Positions 52,975-64,000 of a DNA stretch of 64,000 nt are shown one piece after another. The stretch's first letter is position 1, and each line of letters starts with the position of its first letter. Both the position numbers and the translations under genes were made by a program. The stretch is from Eledone cirrhosa (Eukaryota). Location of the stretch: contig OZ024740.1 in assembly GCA_964016885.1 (NCBI GenBank), forward strand, positions 431,582,001-431,646,000. The letters run 5' to 3'. The notes beneath the pieces were generated by a model that was not told where the DNA came from, searched no databases, and saw only the letters and a list, made by a program, of their open reading frames with translations.

Positions 52975-54483
52975 ATTTCTTTATTAGCCACAAGGGCGCC
53001 ACAAGAAAGGGGACAATACAAAGACATGCCGGGGATTTTACATACAGTCGTGTAAAAAATATAAAAACAAACAATTTCAACAATCGAAATCCCCAATAGG
53101 GGGGAGGCGCCACAAATGGGTTGTTTAATACCCCGTCGATAGAACAACCCTCAACTCAAGGAGCGTGTTGTGCAAGTGCTCCTTTCTTCCTTTTGCTCTC
53201 TTCCTCAACCTACAGGCTTATAAACAGAGAAGGCCCAATCACTCGGGCCATTTTCGCTTCATTCACCCACCTTTCAGTAAATTTACTGGGGTGCAGTGCC
53301 TCTCTCTCCACCCTGATTCTCCTTCTAAAGTGATACTTAAAGAATGGAATCAATTGTTGTCCGGAGAGAAAGGCATCTGTCCTCAGTCCTCTCAACCTCG
53401 TCCACCATATAACTTCTTTCACCATAGCCACCGTACAGAGGAAAACCGCCTCTCTTTCGTTTTTGAAAGAGTCTGGCGGTTTGATCCTTACTATGGATTC
53501 GGCAGTCAACTGTATTTGTCCCATACGCGACAGCAGTTGTTCTGCATAGTTCCACAGGTCGCTTACGCCCGGGCAGTGTACAATTGCGTGCAGAACTGTT
53601 TCAATGTCCTGCGCACATTTTGGACACGTCCTCTTGGAAGGATCCCTGCCAGGGCGTCCGTGCCCGTAGATCTTGTCACGAACCGGTAGAGCTCCTTGGT
53701 AGCACTGCCAGGCCAGGGACCTCTGGAAGTTGTCCATAGGTCCCGGGCGGAAAGTCCTACCAAACATACTGGTGAGCTCATCGTCTTCGACGCCCAGAGT
53801 CTCTCCGAGCACGTCGTCGCCCTTGTAACGTACAATCCCTCTATAGAATGTCGAAGTGGAGTCTCCACTGATTGCTGTGCCCGCTTGCCAGAGGACTATG
53901 AGCGCCTGAGCGCATTCAATGTGCCAGGCGCCCATCGTTTTCGGTCTTTTCTTCACCCAGGACTGCAGCTCCGTTAGCGAGACGAGCTGTGGGAAAGCCT
54001 GTCTCACAAACGGTGCCCACACCGGTTGGGGGTCGGTGAGGAATACCTGGAGATGCCGCAGCCTCAGCGCATGTTTGCGCATCATCAGCCACGGCATTCC
54101 CAGCCCTCCGTTGGAAGGGTGCTGACAGCAGACGGATCTCCTCACCAGCGGAGCCTGCTTCTTCCACAGAAACTGGAGGAGCATGCGTTCCATCTTGACG
54201 AGGTGTTCACGGGGACAAGGCACGACAGTCAAGCGGTAGTAGATGACGGACGCTATGAAAGTGTTCGCCACCTCCGCTCGACCTTTCAAGGACAATTTGC
54301 ACTCTGCCCACTTCTGAGTGAGTGCAAACACCTTGGCCGTGACCTCGTTCCAGTTTTTCTCCACCTGGAGGTCTGGACTGAACCAGACCCCGAGCAATTT
54401 CACCGGTCCGTCCGTCCAGCGTCCAACGACGCTGGACGGATGTCATCGGTTTGCCTCTCCACGTACCGAGTTGCAAACCGACA
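52975..54483 (-). mobile_element. 5'-truncated L1/Tx1 LINE, duplicate of 27633-29141
   Basis: Same TSD (52957-52974 and 54484-54501) and same truncation point, offset 25342. Confidence 0.95.
53210..54403 (-). pseudogene. C-terminal fragment of LINE ORF2 (duplicate)
   Basis: 397 aa, differing from the first copy at two residues (FGP/FSP, GRV/GRA). Confidence 0.9.
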
Positions 54484-57400
54484 GATTAGTATTATATATT
54501 GGAGAGGACTTACCTTATCATTGGTTAGTATTATATAGAGGAGAGGACTTATCTTACCATTTGTTAGTATTATATATAGGGGGACTTATCTTACCAGTTG
54601 TTAGTATAATATATAGGAGAGGACTTATCTTACCATTGGTTAGTATTATATATAGGAGGGGACTTATCTTACCAGTTGTTAGTATAATATATAGGAGAGG
54701 ACTTATCTTACCAGTTGTGAGTATAATATATAGGAGAGGACTTATCTTACCATTGGTTAGTATTATATATAGGAGAGGACTTATCTTACCATTGGTTAGT
54801 ATTATATATAGGAGCGGACTTATTTTACCAGTTGTTAGTATTATATATAGGAGAGGGCTTATCTTAGCATTAGTTAGTATTATATATAGGAGAGGATTTA
54901 CCGTACCATTGGTTAGTATTATATATAGGAGAGGTCTTATCTTACAAGTTGTTAGTAATATATATAGGAGACGACTTATTTTACATTGGTTAGTATTATA
55001 TATAGGCGAGGACGTATCTTACCAGTTGTTAGTATTATATATAGGAGAGGACTTATTTACCAGTGGTAAGTATTATATATAGGAGAGGACTATCTTACCA
55101 TTTGTTAGTATAATATATAGAAGAGTAGTTATCCTACCAGTTGTTATTATTATATATAGGAGAGTAGTTATCCTACCAGTTGTTAGTATTATATATAGGA
55201 GAGGACTTATCTTACCAGTTGTTAGTATTATATATAGGAGAGGACGTATGTTAAAAGTTGTTAGTATTATATATAGGAGAGGGCTTAACTTACCAATGGT
55301 TACTATTATATATAGGAGAGGACTATCTTACCAGTTGTTAGTATTATAGATAGGAGAGGATTTACCGTACCTTTGGTTAGTATTATATATAGTAGAGGAC
55401 TTATCTTACCATTGGTTAGTATTATATATAGGAGGGGACTTATCTTACCAGTTGTTAGTATTAAAGATAGGAGAGGGCTATCTTACCAGTTGTTAGTATT
55501 ATATACAGGAGAGGATTTGCCGTACCATTAGTTAGTATTATATATAGGAGAGGAGTTATCGTACCAGTTGTTAGTATTATATATAGGAGAGGACTTATTT
55601 TACATTTGTTAGTATTATATATAGGCGAGGACTTATCTTACCAGTTGTTAGTATTATATATAGGAGAGGACTATCTTACCAGTTGTTAGTATTATATATA
55701 GGAGAGGAATATCTTACCAGTTGTTAGTATTATATATAGGAGAGGACTTATCTTACCAGTTGTTAGTAAAATATATAGGAGAGGACTTACCTTACCATTG
55801 GTTAGTATTATATATAGCAGAGGAATTATCCTACCAGTTGTTGGTATTATATATAGGAGAGGACTTATCTTACCAGTTGTTAGTATTATATATAGGAGAG
55901 GACTTATCTTACCATTGGTTAGTAATATATGTAGGAGGGGACTTATATTACCAGTTGTTAGTATTATATATAGGAGAGGACTATCTTACCAGTTGTTAGT
56001 ATTATATATAGGAGAGGATTTACCGTACCATTGCTTAGTATTATATATAAGAGGGGATTTATCTTACCAGTTGTTAGTATTATATATAGGAGAGGACTTA
56101 TCTTACCAGTGGTTAGTGTAATATATAGGAGAGGACTTATCTTACCATTGGTTAGTATTATATATAGGAGAGGAGTTATCCTACCAGTTATTAGTATTAT
56201 ATATAGGAGAGGATTTATCTTACCAGTTGTTAGTATTATATATAGGAGAGGACTTATTTACCAGTGGTTAGTATTATATTACGAGAGGACTATCTTACCA
56301 GTTGTTAGTATTATATATAGGAGAGGATTTACCGTACCATTGCTTAGTATTATATATAGGAGGGGACTTATTTTACATTGGTTAGTATTATATATAGGGG
56401 AGGACGTATGTTACCAGTTGTTAGTATTATATATAGGAGAGGACTTATGCACCAGTGGTTAGTATTATATATACGAGAGGACTATCTTGCCAGTTGTTAG
56501 TATTATATATAGGAGAGGACTTATCTTACCAGTTGTTAGTATCATATATAGGAGAGGACTTATCGTACCAGTTGTTAGTGTAATATATAGGAGAGGACTT
56601 ATCTTACCATTGGTTAGTATTATATATAGGAGAGGAGTTATCCTACCAGTTGTTAGTTTTATACATAGGAGAGGACTTATCTTACCATTGGTTAGTATTA
56701 TATATAGGAGAGGACTTATCTTACCATTGGTTAGTATTATATATAGGAGGGGAGTTATCTTACCAGTTGTTAGTATTATATATAGGAGAGGGCTTATCTT
56801 ACCATTAGTTAGTATTATATATAGGAGAGGATTTACCGTACCATTGGTTAGTATTATATATAGGAGAGGTCTTATCTTACAAGTTGTTAGTAATATATAT
56901 ATAGGAGAGGTCTTATTTACCAGTGGTTAGTATTATATATAGGAGAGGACTATCTTACCAGTTGTTAGTATTATATATAGGAGAGGATTTATCTTACCAG
57001 TTGTTAGTATAATATATAGGAGAAGACTTATCTTACCATTGGTTAGTATTATATATAGGAGAGGAGTTATCCTACCAGTTGTTAGTATTATATATAGGAG
57101 AGGACTTATTTTACATTGGTTAGTATTATATATAGGCGAGGACTTATCTTACCAGTTGTTACTATTATATATAGGAGAGGACGTATCTTACCTGTTGTTA
57201 GTATTATATATACGAGAGGAGTTATCTTACCGGTAGTTACTATTATATATAGGAGAGCTCTATCTTACCAGTTGTTAGTATTATAGATAGGAGAGGATTT
57301 ACCGTACCTTTGGTTAGTATTGTATATAGGAGAGGACTATCTTACCAGTTGTTAGTATTATATATAGGAGAGGACTATCTTACCAGTTGTTAGTATTATA

Positions 57401-58997
57401 TATAGGAGGGAGAGGACTTATCTTACCATTGGTTAGTATTATATATGAGAGAACATATCTTACCATTGGTTATTATTATATATAGGAGGGGACTTATCTT
57501 ACCAGTTGTTAGTATTATATATAGGAGAGGACTTATCTTACCAGTTGTTAGTGTAATATATAGGAGAGGACTTATCTTACCATTGGTTAGTATTATATAT
57601 AGGAGGGGACCTATCTTACCAGTTGTTAGTATAATATATAGGAGAGGACTTATCTTACCATTGGTTAGTATTATATATAGGAGAGGACTTATCTTACCAT
57701 TGGTTAGTATTATATATAGGAGGGGAGTTATCTTACCAGTTGTTAGTATTATATATAGGAGAGGGCTTATCTTACCATTAGTTAGTATTATATATAGGAG
57801 AGGATTTACCGTACCATTGGTTAGTATTATATATAGGAGAGGTCTTATCTTACAAGTTGTTAGTAATATATATATAGGAGAGGACTTATTTACCAGTGGT
57901 TAGTATTATATATAGGAGAGGACTATCTTACCAGTTGTTAGTATTATATATAGGAGAGGATTTATCTTACCAGTTGTTAGTATAATATATAGGAGATGAC
58001 TTATCTTACAATTGGTTAGTATTATATATAGGGGAGGAGTTATCCTACCAGTTGTTAGTATTATATATAGGAGAGGACTTATTTTACATTGGTTAGTATT
58101 ATATATAGGCGAGGACTTATCTTACCAGTTGTTAGTATTATATATAGTAGAGGATGTATCTTACAAGTTGTTAGTATTATATATAGGAGAGGACTTATCT
58201 TACCAGTGGTTACTATTATATATAGGAGAGGACTATCTTACCAGTTGTTAGTATTATAGATAGGAGAGGATTTAGAGTACCATTGGTTAGTATTATATAT
58301 AGGAGAGGACTTATCTTACCAGTTGTTAGTATATTATATAGGAGAGGACTTATCTTAATATTGGTTAGTATTATATACAGGAGAGGGCTTATCTTACCAT
58401 TAGTTAGTATTATATATAGGAGAGGATTTACCGTACCATTGGTTAGTATTATATATAGGAGAGGTCTTATCTTACAAGTTGTTAGTAATATATATATAGG
58501 AGAGGACTTATTTACCAGTGGTTAGTATTATATATAGGAGAGGACTATCTTACCAGTTGTTAGTATTATATATAGGAGAGGATTTATCTTACCAGTTGTT
58601 AGTATAATATATAGAAGACTTATCTTACCATTGGTTAGTATTATATATAGGAGAGGAGTTATCCTACCAGTTGTTAGTATTATATATAGGAGAGGACTTA
58701 TTTTACATTGGTTAGTATTATATATAGGCGAGGACTTATCTTACCAGTTGTTAGTATTATATATAGTAGAGGACGTATCTTACAAGTTGTTAGTATTATA
58801 TATAGGAGAGGACTTATCTTACCAGTGGTTACTATTATATATAGGAGAGGACTATCTTACCAGTTGTTAGTATTATAGATAGGAGAGGATTTAGAGTACC
58901 ATTGGTTAGTATTATATATAGGAGAGGACTTATCTTACCAGTTGTTAGTATATTATATAGGAGAGGACTTATCTTAATATTGGTTAGTATTATATAC

Positions 58998-59178
58998 GGT
59001 GGATTGGCAGTATCGGTAGAGGGTCGGACGCCATGCTTTCCAGCATAGTTACGTCCCTTTATGATCTGAGTTCAAATCCCGCCGAGGTTGACTTTGCCTT
59101 TCATCCTTACAGGGTCGATAAAATAAAGTACCAGTAATGCACTGGGTAATTGCTGGCCTTGTGCCTAAAGTAGAAACA
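58998..59178 (+). mobile_element. Near full-length tRNA-derived SINE, 9-bp TSD
   Basis: TSD ATTATATAC at 58989-58997 and 59179-59187. An empty paralogous site lies at ~58361-58390. Confidence 0.92.
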
Positions 59179-59476
59179 ATTATATACAGGAGAGGGCTTA
59201 TCTTACCATTAGTTAGTATTATATATAGGAGAGGATTTACCGTACCATTGGTTAGTATTATATATAGGAGAGGTCTTATCTTACAAGTTGTTAGTAATAT
59301 ATATAGGAGAGGAATTATTTTACATTGCTTAGTATTATATATAGGCGAGGACGTATCTTACCAGTTGTTAGTATTATATATAGGAGAGGACTTATTTACC
59401 AGTGGTTAGTATTATATATAAGAGAGGACTATCTTACCAGTTGTTAGTATTATATATAGGAGAGGATTTACCGTAC

Positions 59477-62400
59477 TTTAGCAGTATTGGTTATAGATGT
59501 TATCGCCGGTTTAGCAGGGTGGTAGAATCAGTGGTCGTTAGTTGCCAGTGTGGTAAGTGATAGTATCCTCGTTGGATTATCTTGTTGACATAGACGTGAG
59601 GGAAGGTCCCTCGATCTATTTACCATCTATTTACAATATTCCTTTCGTCAGGTCGCCAATTCCAGCAGCATGGATTAAAGATGTTATTGAGACACGAGTA
59701 ACATAACAACGACTTCAACCGCAGTAATTAGAGATGAAATGTTTGTTTATTTATATGGTTGAAGTTACAGATACAAAGAGGTTACAAAATGGAATGTGCC
59801 ATTGCGCCGTTAAGCCGGCGAGGCTAGTGGTGCAATATCTCACTGTTACATTATACGTGTTGCTGGCTCGAAGTTTCTGGTACAAGCTAGAGATTCTTCA
59901 AATCTTCGGGGGGAATTTCTTCCTCAGGGCGCGTAGGGATACATCCTCTTCTACTGGCGCTGATTGGCTGAACTGAGCCAAATCACGCACAGAGAATGTA
60001 TGTGAGCCCGCGGAATGTAGGTCACTACGTCACCTCCAACCAGATTTTCAGCCGAAAATCGATAACGAAGAAACCAAGGATCCACATATTATTGAATCAG
60101 CAAGAACAAATGCTGAAAGAGCACATCAGCGAAAAAAAAATTGAGCAGAAGGTTGCATGCAAAAACAAAAAATGAGGCGCTACGGGCCGTGTTGAGCCGC
60201 TGTGTCAAATGACCAATTGTTTTGTTGTTTATACGTGACCGCCAAAGGTCTAACAAAAAACGGATAAAGTCTGACATGGGCGAAGTTGCTGTTCTTGCAT
60301 TAAATGTTAATGGTAAGCGTTGTACCAGTAGCTGTGAACGAAGCTATTATGGTAGTTTACCAGTGCTGGCGAGAAAATGATGGCCCGCAGATGTATTGTC
60401 GAATGTGCTGTGGAGCCAGGAAAAAATGGCTGGTTGCTTTGTAAAGAACAAAAGGCAAGTTTAATTTGTAGGTGGGTTGCAGTGTAAATTCCATAATTTG
60501 GGCGAATCCACAGAAGTGGCCGAAATGCTAACAAGTCCAGTTCAATTTGTTGCTTTCCCAGCGAGTCGGGCAAAAACAACAAGACGGATGGCCGTCATGG
60601 ACGATCAGTGTGCAACGAGATGCGAAGCTGTTTGAGTTCAGCGGCAATTAGTATTCTCGTGTTGCGGTGACTGTTTGAATCCAGTGGATTAAGCTCTGTG
60701 AGCTGCCAGCATCTCAACCAGGTGAAAAGGGACTCGCAGAATATTACGTTTGAAGAACATATACCAAGAACAACATGTTGGTGTGTGATAAAAAAAATGT
60801 GTGCATATGCAGGCATGTAAAACAGCAAAGAATGTGAATGAACAAAAACCATGAGCAAGCAAATAGCAAAAGAGCACAAAACAAGTAAATGCATTCTACA
60901 AAGAAATATGTGAATGTAACAAACTGATAATTCAAAGTCAATCTAGGGGAGCAGAGAAATTGCTCAATAAGTTCAAAGTTTTTCAAAGTCAAATAGTTCA
61001 CACATCACCAGTGTACAGACACTAGTTCTATCTGAAAACTGAAAAAGAAGTTTGTTAATGCCGTTAGGGGTTAGATGTATGGTGTTTTTGTGAGATTTCG
61101 TGGCCATTTTCCCGTCCCGCCACACGGTTGTGTTGCTTATTGTTAAAGCAAAGTCAAAGAATCTTCTGTAGAGTAGGAGTCACCAAATATGGCAGTCACG
61201 TCTGACGCCATAATGGTGAGAAAACGACTGTCTCAATTTCACGCGTCCCTGTGGTAACGAGACAGAAGGTATGGTGGTTGCGTCGGTAAAGTTACAAGCC
61301 GTTTTGAAATTTCCGATGTGTGGTGGTTGGCGTTGGTAAGGTTATGAAGCTGCCACTCACTGTTCCCTGTATTGGTCAGTGGTTAAACAACGCTGTCGCT
61401 GCTGCTGTCATTGTTGTTGTCAAGCGTAGCCATGACATGTCGGTAGCCATCTTGAAATTTTTTCGTGGCGAAAAAGTTTTTGAAATACTGCTAATTTTTC
61501 AAAAATCTTAAAAGGAATATTCTGGATTTTCGCAAGTTGCGACGTGGCAATAAAAGTTAAACTGAATGAATAAGAAGGGCTGCGTGACATTCTTACGTCG
61601 GTCACCACTTTAGCAGTATTGGTTATAGATGTTATCGCCGGTTTAGCAGGGTGGTAGAATCAGTGGTCGTTAGTTGCCAGTGTGGTAAGTGATAGTATCC
61701 TCGTTGGATTATCTTGTTGACATAGACGTGAGGGAAGGTCCCTCGATCTATTTACCATCTATTTACAATATTCCTTTCGTCAGGGCGCCAATACCAGCAG
61801 CATGGATTAAAGATGTTATTTAGACACGAGTAACATAAAAACGACTTCAACCGCAGTAATTAGAGATGAAATGTTTGTTTATTTATATGGTTGAAGTTAC
61901 AGATACAAAGAGTTTACAAAATGGAATGTGCCATTGCGCCGTCAAGCCGGCGAGGCTAGTGGTGCAATATCTCACTGTTACATTATACGTGTTGCTGGCT
62001 CGAAGTTTCTGGTACAAGCTAGAGATTCTTCAAATCTTCGGGGGGAATTTCTTCCTCAGGGCGCGTAGGGATACATCCTCTTCTACTGGCGCTGATTGGC
62101 TGAACTGAGCCAAATCACGCACAGAGAATGTATGTGAGCCCGCGGAATGTAGGTCACTACGTCACCTCCAACCAGATTTTCAGCCGAAAATCGATAACGA
62201 AGAAACCAAGGATCCACATATTATTGAATCAGCAAGAACAAATGCTGAAAGAGCACATCAGCGAAAAAAAAATTGAGCGGAAGGTTGCATGCAAAAACAA
62301 AAAATGAGGCGCTACGGGCCGTGTTGAGCCGCTGTGTCAAATGACCAATTGTTTTGTTGTTTATACGTGACCGCCAAAGGTCTAACAAAAAACGGACAAA

Positions 62401-64000
62401 GTCTGACATGGGCGAAGTTGCTGTTCTTGCATTAAATGTTAATGGTAAGCGTTGTACCAGTAGCTGTGAACGAAGCTATTATGGTAGTTTACCAGTGCTG
62501 GCGAGAAAATGATGGCCCGCAGATGTATTGTCGAATGTGCTGTGGAGCCAGGAAAAAATGGCTGGTTGCTTTGTAAAGAACAAAAGGCAAGTTTAATTTG
62601 TAGGTGGGTTGCAGTGTAAATTCCATAATTTGGGCGAATCCACAGAAGTGGCCGAAATGCTAACAAGTCCAGTTCAATTTGTTGCTTTCCCAGCGAGTCG
62701 GGCAAAAACAACAAGACGGATGGCCGTCATGGACGATCAGTGTGCAACGAGATGCGAAGCTGTTTGAGTTCAGCGGCAATTAGTATTCTCGTGTTGCGGT
62801 GACTGTTTGAATCCAGTGGATTAAGCTCTGTGAGCTGCCAGCATCTCAACCAGGTGAAAAGGGACTCGCAGAATATTACGTTTGAAGAACATATACCAAG
62901 AACAACATGTTGGTGTGTGATAAAAAAAATGTGTGCATATGCAGGCATGTAAAACAGCAAAGAATGTGAATGAACAAAAACCATGAGCAAGCAAATAGCA
63001 AAAGAGCACAAAACAAGTAAATGCATTCTACAAAGAAATATGTGAATGTAACAAACTGATAATTCAAAGTCAATCTAGGGGAGCAGAGAAATTGCTCAAT
63101 AAGTTCAAAGTTTTTCAAAGTCAAATAGTTCACACATCACCAGTGTACAGACACTAGTTCTATCTGAAAACTGAAAAAGAAGTTTGTTAATGCCGTTAGG
63201 GGTTAGATGTATGGTGTTTTTGTGAGATTTCGTGGCCATTTTCCCGTCCCGCCACACGGTTGTGTTGCTTATTGTTAAAGCAAAGTCAAAGAATCTTCTG
63301 TAGAGTAAGAGTCACCAAATATGGCAGTCACGTCTGACGCCATAATGGTGAGAAAACGACTGTCTCAATTTCACGCGTCCCTGTGGTAACGAGACAGAAG
63401 GTATGGTGGTTGCGTCGGTAAAGTTACAAGCCGTTTTGAAATTTCCGATGTGTGGTGGTTGGCGTTGGTAAGGTTATGAAGCTGCCACTCACTGTTCCCT
63501 GTATTGGTCAGTGGTTAAACAACGCTGTCGCTGCTGCTGTCATTGTTGTTGTCAAGCGTAGCCATGACATGTCGGTAGCCATCTTGAAATTTTTTCGTGG
63601 CGAAAAAGTTTTTGAAATACTGCTAATTTTTCAAAAATCTTAAAAGGAATATTCTGGATTTTCGCAAGTTGCGACGTGGCAATAAAAGTTAAACTGAATG
63701 AATAAGAAGGGCTGCGTGACATTCTTACGTCGGTCACCACTTTAGCAGTATTGGTTATAGATGTTATCGCCGGTTTAGCAGGGTGGTAGAATCAGTGGTC
63801 GTTAGTTGCCAGTGTGGTAAGTGATAGTATCCTCGTTGGATTATCTTGTTGACATAGACGTGAGGGAAGGTCCCTCGATCTATTTACCATCTATTTACAA
63901 TATTCCTTTCGTCAGGGCGCCAATACCAGCAGCATGGATTAAAGATGTTATTTAGACACGAGTAACATAACAACGACTTCAACCGCAGTAATTAGAGATG
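59477..64000 (-). mobile_element. Tandem array of the non-autonomous LTR element sharing LTRs (LTR-int-LTR-int-LTR...), period 2132 bp, runs off the window
   Basis: LTR starts at 59477, 61609 and 63741. The left junction CCGTAC|TTTAGCAG is identical to that at 33291. Confidence 0.95.

Larger units (their letters stand above)
13575..59476. repeat. 39-bp tandem satellite (consensus AGTATTATATATAGGAGAGGACTTATCTTACCAGTTGTT / ...CCATTGGTT) with length variants, interrupted by retroelements
   Basis: Seen directly. The 13-aa periodicity in the ORF track (VSIIYRRGLILPV) reflects the 39-bp unit. Recurrent variants include TTTACCGTACC, GAGTTATCCTACC, CTTATTTTACATTGG and GACTATCTTACC. Confidence 0.99.
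49300..62161. repeat. Segmental duplication, copy B of ~23030-35975
   Basis: Same order SINE-LINE-LTR with identical junctions. The LINE copies differ at about 4 positions in 1.5 kb (by eye). Confidence 0.9.

Noticed and set aside
52975-54483. Second 1.5-kb LINE as an independent site-specific insertion
   Set aside because: The identical truncation point, TSD and flanks show it was copied by the segmental duplication.
13542-59409. Many ORFs encoding (VSIIYRRGLILPV)n, (LLVLYIGEDLSYQ)n or (ISPLLYIILTTGK)n, up to 361 aa
   Set aside because: A 39-bp unit is a multiple of 3 and lacks stops in several frames. Frequent 1-2 bp indels switch frames freely, showing no frame conservation.

Overview
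Eukaryotic satellite (heterochromatin-type) DNA with no recognisable host protein-coding gene. Bases 1-13574 are an indel-free tandem array of a 40-bp monomer (~339 copies) with variable higher-order repeats. It abuts, with no spacer, a more heterogeneous 39-bp satellite that runs from 13575 to 59476. The 39-bp array alone carries retroelement insertions: (i) 5'-truncated copies of one L1/Tx1-clade non-LTR retrotransposon (three independent insertions, five copies), (ii) a tRNA-derived SINE (four independent insertions, five copies, all on the + strand), and (iii) a non-coding, non-autonomous Gypsy-like LTR element (553-bp LTRs, tRNA-Trp-like PBS, GTAC target duplication). The LTR element is single at 33291-35975 and expanded into an LTR-sharing 2132-bp tandem array from 59477 to the window end. 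A ~13-kb block (~23030-35975) is duplicated about 25-26 kb downstream. From recall, the SINE resembles an abundant octopus SINE, so a cephalopod host is likely but unverified. Almost all ORFs in the track are translations of the 39-bp monomer and are not genes. Counts and alignments were done by eye.
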